A DNA stretch of 64,000 nucleotides from Myxococcales bacterium (GTDB lineage Bacteria; Myxococcota_A; Polyangia; Polyangiales; DASUME01), in NCBI GenBank assembly GCA_047601445.1, contig JASGJH010000001.1, positions 7,520,001 to 7,584,000 of the forward strand, given 5' to 3'. Positions within the stretch are counted from its first letter, which is position 1. Each line of letters opens with the position of its first letter. The translations under genes and the position numbers were made by a program. A model generated the notes under the pieces. That model was not told where the DNA came from, made no database searches, and saw only the letters and a program-made list of their open reading frames with translations. Below, piece after piece: positions 57,216 to 64,000 of the stretch.

Positions 57216-60200
57216 TCACTCTGCAAGTACACTGGGCGCGGTCTCCGAACCCCCGCTGAGGAGGGCTTCCATTTCGTCCTCACCGCGATCCACCGGAATT
57301 CGCTTGGAACGCCGCGCAAGCCAGCTCCGCACGTCGTCCACGAAGCTGTGGATCACGGGCACCGCGAGCAACGTGAGCAAGAGCGAGAGCGTTTGTCCGC
57401 CCACCACGATGCTGGCGGTCGCCTTGTTGAAGCCGGCGCCGACGCCGCCCGAGAACAACAGCGGCGCCATACCGGCCACGAAGGCTATGGTCGTCATCAG
57501 GATGGGGCGCAGGCGGTCGCGGTTGGCCTCCAGCAGAGAATCGAGCTGAGAGCGGCCGAGCTTGCGCAGGTGATTGGTGTGGTCCACCTGCAGGATGCTG
57601 TTCTTCTTCACGACCCCGAACAGCACGAGCAGACCCAACATGGAGAACATGTTGATGCTCTGGCCGAAGATCTTGAGACTGATGAAGGCGAACGGCACGG
57701 TCAGCGGCAAGGTCGCGAGGATGATGGCGGGATCGACCCACGACTCGAACTGTGCGGCGAGGATCAGGTACATGAACACGAAGGCCATACCGAGCGCGAG
57801 GATGAAGCCGGCGGCGGTTTCGGCCGAGGACTTGGCAGCACCGGTGGGCTGTAGGCGATAGCCCGGGGGCACGTGTAGCTCATCGAAGGCGGTCTTGATG
57901 ATACTGCCTACCTCGGCTTCGCCGACGCCGGCGGCGGCGTTGGCCAGCAAGGTGATCTGACGCTCGCGGCCATAGCGGTTGATGCGCGACTTTCCGATGT
58001 CGTCCACCCAGTGCACCACCGAGCTCAACGGCACGCTGCCGTATTTGGTGGAGGGCACGCTCATGAGCGAGAGCGAAGACGGGTCGGCGCGGAACTTCTC
58101 TTCGGCGCGGATGCGGATGTCGAACTCCTCGCCCAGCTCCGGATAGGTGGAGGCCTTCACACCGGCCACCAGCATTTGCAGGGTGGAGGCCACGTTCTGC
58201 ACGTTCACGCCCAGGTCGGCCGCGCGATCGCGGTCGATCACCACGCGCACCTCGGGACGGCCCGGGATGTTGGTGGTGTCCACGTCCACGGCCTTACCGC
58301 TCTTGCGCAGGGCAGCGACCACGTGCTCGGCATTCTTCTCGAGAACCGAGTAATCGGGGCCGGACAGGATGTACTGCACGCGCTGGGTGTTGCCACCCAG
58401 GGCGAAGTCGGGCACCTCGGCCACGTTGATGCGCAGATCCTTCGGCATCTTGCCGAGTACGAGCGTGCGCGCCTGGTCCATGATGGCGAACTGCGAGAGC
58501 TTGCGATCACCGGGATCGGTCAGGTCGACGTAGAGCTGGGCGTAGTTGCGCGAGCGCTGGTCGTCTTCGCCGATCGTGATCAACACGTGCGTGACGGAAG
58601 GCAGTGTGCGCAGCAGCGCCTCGGCGCGCTCGGCGATCAGCAGAGTCTCCTCGGAGCTGGTGCCTTCGGGGGCCCGCATGGTGACCTGGAACTTGGCCTT
58701 GTCGTCCAACGGCAAGAACGAGCCTGGCAGCGACTTGGCCACCGGCACGCACGAGCCGAGGGCCGCCATGCACGCGAGCACGACTACCCAGCGGCGCCGC
58801 AGCGAGAAGGCAAGCATCGCCATGTAGACGCGCTCGATGGGGCGATAGAAGAAGTCGACCAGCCGCGTGAGCCAGCCGCCGCCGTGGCCGCCGAGCCAGC
58901 GAGCCGACAACATAGGCGTGAGGGAGAAGCTCACGATCAGCGAGACGCCGATCGAGAAGGCCATGGTGTAGCCGAAGCTCTTGAGGAAGCGCCCCGGGAT
59001 GCCGCCGATGAACGCCACCGGGATGAACACGGCCATCAGCGAGAGCGTGGTGGCCAACACCGCGAGCCCGATTTCCTTGGTGGCCAGCACGGCCGCAGGG
59101 AAGGGCTTCATGTGCTTCTCGTCGATGAAGCGGATGATGTTCTCGAGCACCACGATGGCGTCGTCGATCACGATGCCCACGGCGAGAGCCAGCGCGAGCA
59201 AGGTGATGTTGTTCAGGGTGTAGCCCCGGGCGTACATCAGGCCGAAGGTGCCGATCACGGACACGGGAATGGCGAGGCCAGCGATGATGGTGCTGCGGGC
59301 GTTGCCCAGGAACAACAAGACTACGATCGCTGCCAGGAACGCGCCCACGATCAGGTGCTCGATGACCGAGTGCACGCTGGTGCGGATGGTGCGCGAGTTG
59401 TCGCGGATTACGCTCAGCTCCACGCCCTTGGGCAGCGCTGCGCGCACCTCGTCGATGCGCTTGAAGACGTTGTCCACCACTTCGATGGTGTTGGTGCCCG
59501 CCTGCTTCACGACCGAGAGCACCACGGCTTCCTTGCCGTCGTAGCGGGCGAGGCTCTCCACGGCCTCCTCGCCGTCTTCCACGGTGGCCACGTCCGACAG
59601 GCGCAGGATGCGACCCTGATCGGAGCGCACGACCAGCCTGCCTACGGCCTCCACCGAGGTGACGCGACCGTCGATGCGTAGGGTCACGCTCTGTGGGCCG
59701 GTCTCCAGGTTGCCGCCGGGAGTGGTCAGGTTTTGTGCCTGGAGCGTCCGCATCACGTCGACCGCGGTGAGGCCTGCGGCGCGCAGCGCGAGCGGGTTCA
59801 TCATCACATTGATCTGGCGCTTACGACCGCCGATCACGGTCACCTTGCCGACGCCGAGGATGGTCTCGACTTGGCGCCGCACCTTTTTGTCGGCGAGCTC
59901 GGAGAGGTCGCGCACGCTGAAGCCCTGTCCGCGCAAGCCGAGGTAGACCACGGGCGTCGCTCCGGGATCGACCTTGGTGACGATGGGCGGGTCGATGCCC
60001 TCGGGCAGGTCGCGCAGCGCCGTGTTCACCTTGTCGCGCACCTCCTGGGCGGCCACGTCGGTGTCCTTCTCGAGCTTGAAGCGGATGATGACCTGGGAGA
60101 TGCCCTCGCTGGAGACGGAGGCCAGGTCGTCGATGCCGGAGATCTGACTGACCGCGCCCTCGATCTTGTCGGTGACGTCGGTCTCGATTTCCTCCGGAGC

Positions 60201-60365
60201 TCCGCCCGGAAGCGTGGTGTTGACCACCACCACGGGGATATCGATGTTCGGGAACTGGTCTACGCCGAGCCCCTTGTACCCGACGGCGCCGAGCACGAGG
60301 ATCACCAGCATGAGGACCGATGCGAAGACCGGTCGTTGTACGCAAACTCTGGCTAGCCATTGCAT
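57216..60365 (-). CDS. RND efflux transporter permease (AcrB/MdtB family)
   Basis: RPVFA, VGIVIDDAIVVLENI, LAAQFES, GVVKKNSIL, RLRPILMTT. Confidence 0.96.
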   Translation of the reverse strand: MQWLARVCVQRPVFASVLMLVILVLGAVGYKGLGVDQFPNIDIPVVVVNTTLPGGAPEEIETDVTDKIEGAVSQISGIDDLASVSSEGISQVIIRFKLEKDTDVAAQEVRDKVNTALRDLPEGIDPPIVTKVDPGATPVVYLGLRGQGFSVRDLSELADKKVRRQVETILGVGKVTVIGGRKRQINVMMNPLALRAAGLTAVDVMRTLQAQNLTTPGGNLETGPQSVTLRIDGRVTSVEAVGRLVVRSDQGRILRLSDVATVEDGEEAVESLARYDGKEAVVLSVVKQAGTNTIEVVDNVFKRIDEVRAALPKGVELSVIRDNSRTIRTSVHSVIEHLIVGAFLAAIVVLLFLGNARSTIIAGLAIPVSVIGTFGLMYARGYTLNNITLLALALAVGIVIDDAIVVLENIIRFIDEKHMKPFPAAVLATKEIGLAVLATTLSLMAVFIPVAFIGGIPGRFLKSFGYTMAFSIGVSLIVSFSLTPMLSARWLGGHGGGWLTRLVDFFYRPIERVYMAMLAFSLRRRWVVVLACMAALGSCVPVAKSLPGSFLPLDDKAKFQVTMRAPEGTSSEETLLIAERAEALLRTLPSVTHVLITIGEDDQRSRNYAQLYVDLTDPGDRKLSQFAIMDQARTLVLGKMPKDLRINVAEVPDFALGGNTQRVQYILSGPDYSVLEKNAEHVVAALRKSGKAVDVDTTNIPGRPEVRVVIDRDRAADLGVNVQNVASTLQMLVAGVKASTYPELGEEFDIRIRAEEKFRADPSSLSLMSVPSTKYGSVPLSSVVHWVDDIGKSRINRYGRERQITLLANAAAGVGEAEVGSIIKTAFDELHVPPGYRLQPTGAAKSSAETAAGFILALGMAFVFMYLILAAQFESWVDPAIILATLPLTVPFAFISLKIFGQSINMFSMLGLLVLFGVVKKNSILQVDHTNHLRKLGRSQLDSLLEANRDRLRPILMTTIAFVAGMAPLLFSGGVGAGFNKATASIVVGGQTLSLLLTLLAVPVIHSFVDDVRSWLARRSKRIPVDRGEDEMEALLSGGSETAPSVLAE

Positions 60366-60453
60366 GGTCGTATGCCTCGTGAGTCGAAGCGCGCCCTCGG
60401 GCGTCGCGAGCAAGAAATCGCGCGCCAGCGGGCAGCGCAGCAGGAGGAATCTT

Positions 60454-61578
60454 TCAGTTCACGGCCTGGCCGTTGCTCAGCTCTTTGGCGTAGGTGCTCA
60501 CCACCTGTTCGCCGAGCTCCACGCCGCGCAGCACGGGCAGACGACCCGCGTCGGCGGCAGGCGCTTGCGCGTGGGCGGCGCCGTCGGTGTCGATCTGGAG
60601 CACGCGTTGCTCGAGTCGACCGTCCTTCACCACGAAGACGTTCTGCTTGCCGTTCTGCTCGAACACGGCGGTCTTGGGCACCGACGGGAGCGCGCGCTGG
60701 CCCAAGATGAGGGCCACGTCCGCGAACATGCCGGGCAGGAGCTTGTGATCCGCGTTCGGCACGATGGCCTCCACCAGCACGTCGCGTGTTTCGCGTACGG
60801 CGCCAGCGATGTGGGCCACTTTGCCGTGGAACGCAGTGTCACCGTAGGCGATCACCCGGAGCGACACGTCCGAGTCGTGCTTGACGTCGGGCCAGTTTGC
60901 CTCGGGCACGCTGAATTCCAGGCGCAGCTCGTCGACCTGCACGATGGACGCGATCTTGGTCGAGGCTTGCACGTACTCGCCCTGCTCGATGAAGCGCTCG
61001 GCGATGACGCCCGAGAAGGGCGCGCTGATGGCGCCGTCGCCCAGGTTCTTGGCTGCGATCGCCTCGCGTGCACGGGCGGCTTCCACATTGAGCGGAGCAG
61101 TCTTGCACTTGGCGGTGACCTGGTCGTATTCGAGGTCGGTGGCCGCACCCTTGGCCTTGAGCTGCTCGTAGCGGGCGCAGTCGGCGCGGTTGATGGCCTC
61201 CTGCGTCTGCGAGTTCGCCACTTGCACACGGGCTTCGGCGAGAGCCAGCGAGGCCGACTTCATATCGACCTGGGCGAGTACGGTCCCCAGCTTGACCTCC
61301 GAGCCGCGCTCGACGAAGACCTTGCTGACGCGCCCTGCGACGTTGGCGGCCAGGTCGGTCTCGCGCGCGCCACGCAGGACGCCGGTTAGGCGCAGCACGC
61401 GCGGCGAGTCCAGCGTGGTCACGGGCGTGGCCGCTACGTGGACGGCGGCGGGAGCTTGCTCGGCCTGTGCCTTGGTCGGCGCAGCGCTCGGCTTGCAGCC
61501 GGCGAACGCGAGCAAGCACGGGAGCGCGAGGGGCAGGAGAGAGCGGTGGCGGAGGCGAGTGAAGTAGATGGAAGCCAT
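60454..61578 (-). CDS. RND periplasmic adaptor (membrane fusion protein), lipoprotein
   Basis: FAGC lipobox. GRV..V.VE.G..V..G..L, I.APFSGVI, LLPGMFA. Confidence 0.93.
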   Translation of the reverse strand: MASIYFTRLRHRSLLPLALPCLLAFAGCKPSAAPTKAQAEQAPAAVHVAATPVTTLDSPRVLRLTGVLRGARETDLAANVAGRVSKVFVERGSEVKLGTVLAQVDMKSASLALAEARVQVANSQTQEAINRADCARYEQLKAKGAATDLEYDQVTAKCKTAPLNVEAARAREAIAAKNLGDGAISAPFSGVIAERFIEQGEYVQASTKIASIVQVDELRLEFSVPEANWPDVKHDSDVSLRVIAYGDTAFHGKVAHIAGAVRETRDVLVEAIVPNADHKLLPGMFADVALILGQRALPSVPKTAVFEQNGKQNVFVVKDGRLEQRVLQIDTDGAAHAQAPAADAGRLPVLRGVELGEQVVSTYAKELSNGQAVN

Positions 61579-61618
61579 GGGGACCTGAGGGCGTGAAGGG
61601 GACACTCTGGGCGAAAGC

Positions 61619-62947
61619 TCAGTTGGAGGCAGCGGACGGTGAAGCGCTCGCTGCGCTGCTGGTCGTAGGGGACTTGCCTGCGGCCGTGCGCAGCGCGACG
61701 CGGGCGTAGGCGAGGTCGGCGTCGGCCTGGATGCGCGCAGCCTGGGCCTGAAATGCGTCGCGTTGACTCTGCGTGACGTCGAGCTGCGTGACGGCGCCTG
61801 CCTGGTAGCGCTCACTCGCGAGCGACGCCGCCTTCTGGGCGGCATCGGCCTGGGCGCGGGCGGATGCGCTCTTCGCAAGGCCGGCCTGCACGCGCTGATA
61901 GGCATCGAAGATGGCGTCTTCGACCTGCCGGCGGGTACGCTCGGCGCGAATCTGCTCTGTGCCGAGCGCGGCCGACTGGGCGCGTGCATTGGCGTAGGTC
62001 ACGTAGTCGAGCTTCCACGCTGCGACGGCCTGCAGCGTGTAGAAGTTGGACTGTCCCGCGAAGCCGGTGGCATTGGTGATGCGTTCCACGCCATTCGCGG
62101 AGAGCGTGGGCAACAGGCTCGAGCGCGCAGCTCGTCGGCCCGCTTTGGCCGCTTCCACCTGCTGGCGCTGCGCACGTTCTGCTGGTGTATCTCGGGCGCT
62201 GAGCCAGGCATTCAGCTCGCCTTCCGAGTGAAGGTCGTCTTCTTCGAAGTCGCCGACCGGCGTCGGCGTGAGACCGCTGAGCGTCTCAAGATTTCGCGCC
62301 GCCGTCACCCGCAACAGATTGGCGTCGGCCACGTCTTGCCTGGCGCGCTCGACGTTGGCGCGCGCACGCTCCAGGTCGAGCGCGAGCGCCACACCCGCTT
62401 CGTGGCGCACCGCCACGAAGTCTGCGTTGGCCTGGGCCATCTGCAGGCTCTGCTCGGCAGCCTGCTGCAGCGCGGAGGCTCCAATGAAGGAGTAGTAGCT
62501 GCGTGAGATCGAGCGCTGCACGTCGGTGGCCACCACGTCCGATTGCTCATCGGCAGCCTGGGCGAGATGGCGCGCCTGGGTAATCTTGTGGAAGCTGCTC
62601 AGATCGAGCAGCGGGACATCCACCTGAAAGTAGGCATCCAGCTGATCCTGGGGCGTCAGCACGGTGGGCTTCGCCCCGGGGGCCAAAGCTCTCGACACCG
62701 GGAACTCGTTGCGCTGATAGACGCCACGCGCCGACAGGGACGGCAAGAGGCGGCCGATGGCGGCCTGGACCTCCCAATCGCGCTGCTCTTCGGTGGCTTG
62801 CTGCACCCGCGCGTCGTAGTTGTGACTGCGCGCCTTGGTGAGGAACTCCTCCATCGGCTGCAACGCCTGCGCTTCGAGCGGCGCCAGGGCCAGCACGAGG
62901 CCGAGCATGATTGTAAAGTAGTGACTCGATAAATGGACGCGTTGCAT
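61619..62947 (-). CDS. TolC-family outer-membrane efflux protein
   Basis: Signal peptide and two internal repeats (LLPSLS/LLPTLS; R.EAG....LD / RYQAG....LDV). Confidence 0.92.
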   Translation of the reverse strand: MQRVHLSSHYFTIMLGLVLALAPLEAQALQPMEEFLTKARSHNYDARVQQATEEQRDWEVQAAIGRLLPSLSARGVYQRNEFPVSRALAPGAKPTVLTPQDQLDAYFQVDVPLLDLSSFHKITQARHLAQAADEQSDVVATDVQRSISRSYYSFIGASALQQAAEQSLQMAQANADFVAVRHEAGVALALDLERARANVERARQDVADANLLRVTAARNLETLSGLTPTPVGDFEEDDLHSEGELNAWLSARDTPAERAQRQQVEAAKAGRRAARSSLLPTLSANGVERITNATGFAGQSNFYTLQAVAAWKLDYVTYANARAQSAALGTEQIRAERTRRQVEDAIFDAYQRVQAGLAKSASARAQADAAQKAASLASERYQAGAVTQLDVTQSQRDAFQAQAARIQADADLAYARVALRTAAGKSPTTSSAASASPSAASN

Positions 62948-63008
62948 GGCAGGACTGCTTCTCAGTGGGGGGATCCAGGCGCGCCGTAACAGGCTCGGAC
63001 GAAGATTT

Positions 63009-63719
63009 TCAGCGCCTGGGCTGACGCCCGGGGAGGGCTCGAGGCTGGGCCTCGGCCGCGCGGGGGAGCGCGCCGCTCAAGAGTAGGTCGATCAGGCCGC
63101 GCAGGAACATGCCCTGAGGCAGGGTGTGCTCACCGAACAAGACGCGGTGCATCCCGTAGTTGTGGAGGGCCCCGATGAACGCGCGCGCGAAGACCTCCGG
63201 GTCGAGAGGTCGCAGCTTACCGGTCTCCACTTGGGCTTCGCAGTAGGCCGCGAACTCTTTCACAGCACGCTCGAAATGCGCGCGGTTCTTGTGCGGTAGC
63301 GGCGAGCCCTTGCTCAGCTCCGGGTTCGACCAGGACATCATCATCAGCGGTAGCGCCACCTTGCCGATTTCGAGGATTTTCTCCCCCAATTGGGCCAGCG
63401 CGTCGTGCACCTCCAGCCCGTGCATCTGCTGGAGTGCCTCAAAATACAAACGTGGCGCCTCCAACTCGTCGAAGCGCATGGCGGCGCGAAACAACGCGTC
63501 CTTGGTCTTGAAGCGATGGAAGACGGCGCCTTCCGAGACCCCCGCGCGTTGCGCCACCTCCAGCGTGGTCGCGCGCACGCCGTGCTCCAAGAACACCGCG
63601 CGGGCCACTTCGAGGATGGCCTCGGTGTCGATGGTTCTGGGGCGACCGCGACCGGGACGCTCGGTCGTGGCGGTTGCTGCGTCGGAAGTCTTGGGGCGGC
63701 GGGGAGGCACCAAGGGCAT
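63009..63719 (-). CDS. TetR/AcrR-family regulator
   Basis: RGRPR, ILEVARAVFLEHG..ATT.EVA.RAGVSEG.VFHRF.TKD.LF. True start may be the GTG at 63710. Confidence 0.93.
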   Translation of the reverse strand: MPLVPPRRPKTSDAATATTERPGRGRPRTIDTEAILEVARAVFLEHGVRATTLEVAQRAGVSEGAVFHRFKTKDALFRAAMRFDELEAPRLYFEALQQMHGLEVHDALAQLGEKILEIGKVALPLMMMSWSNPELSKGSPLPHKNRAHFERAVKEFAAYCEAQVETGKLRPLDPEVFARAFIGALHNYGMHRVLFGEHTLPQGMFLRGLIDLLLSGALPRAAEAQPRALPGRQPRR

Positions 63720-63748
63720 TTATAGAGTCGCCGCTTAATAAATGTCAA
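63719..63748 (-). promoter_or_regulatory. Sigma-70-type promoter of the tetR-tolC-MFP-RND operon
   Basis: Minus strand TTGACA-N18-TATAAA, with an imperfect dyad (TTTAT...ATAAA) across the spacer. Confidence 0.65.
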
Positions 63749-64000
63749 GGCGGCGGGCCCTGGCCATTTCCAGCACTGGGGCGCGAGTGAGGGAATGAGC
63801 TGTGAGGGCGTTGCACGCGCCGGAAGTCCGCAACCGATCCGTGCCAAAACTCACGCTTTTCACGCGTAAATGCCGGGGTGAGCGTGCGTAATTACGTTAG
63901 CCCGTATCGAAACACCAACATATCATTCGCCACTCGAAATTCGTTCCTTAGTAGGGGTCGCGGAGACCCTGGAAGGCAGTGCTGCGTGAAAAATCGAATT

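Noticed and set aside
57216..63719. TetR-TolC-MFP-RND operon as a novel system
   Set aside because: It is a canonical tripartite efflux arrangement.
63830..63847. TTGGCACGGATCGGTTGC on the minus strand as a sigma-54 promoter
   Set aside because: GG-to-GC spacing is 12, not the required 10.

Overview
GC-rich bacterial DNA. The gene content (Hanks-type kinase, DUF4388/roadblock proteins, many Cys/Pro-rich lipoproteins, several sigma-54 motifs) suggests a myxobacterium (Myxococcota); this is an inference. It is an accessory-type region with about 55 genes, and I see no rRNA, tRNA, CRISPR array, integrase or transposase. Left part: ABC (LolD/FtsX-type) exporter, OafA-type acyltransferase, lipoprotein sulfatase next to an octaheme cytochrome c-TPR gene, and several secreted or lipoprotein genes. 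Middle: arcA plus two transporters, an AraC-controlled ferredoxin-reductase-AlkB/XylM-type fusion, divergent USP genes, and LysR units. Right: a five-gene signalling operon, two-component genes, a decayed stretch, and a TetR-TolC-MFP-RND efflux operon. The best candidate for an undescribed system is the minus-strand operon at 40484-46748: pseudo-receiver-DUF4388-roadblock, roadblock protein, Ser/Thr kinase with a degenerate AAA-like tail, output-less NarX/PilJ-HAMP sensor, and sigma-54 activator. It is preceded by a correctly spaced -24/-12 motif and enhancer-like repeats, which suggests an autoregulatory circuit. Two apparent single-base indels (about 1803 and 22118) split one gene and fuse two others and may be assembly errors. 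All family assignments come from motif recognition by eye; no database search was run.
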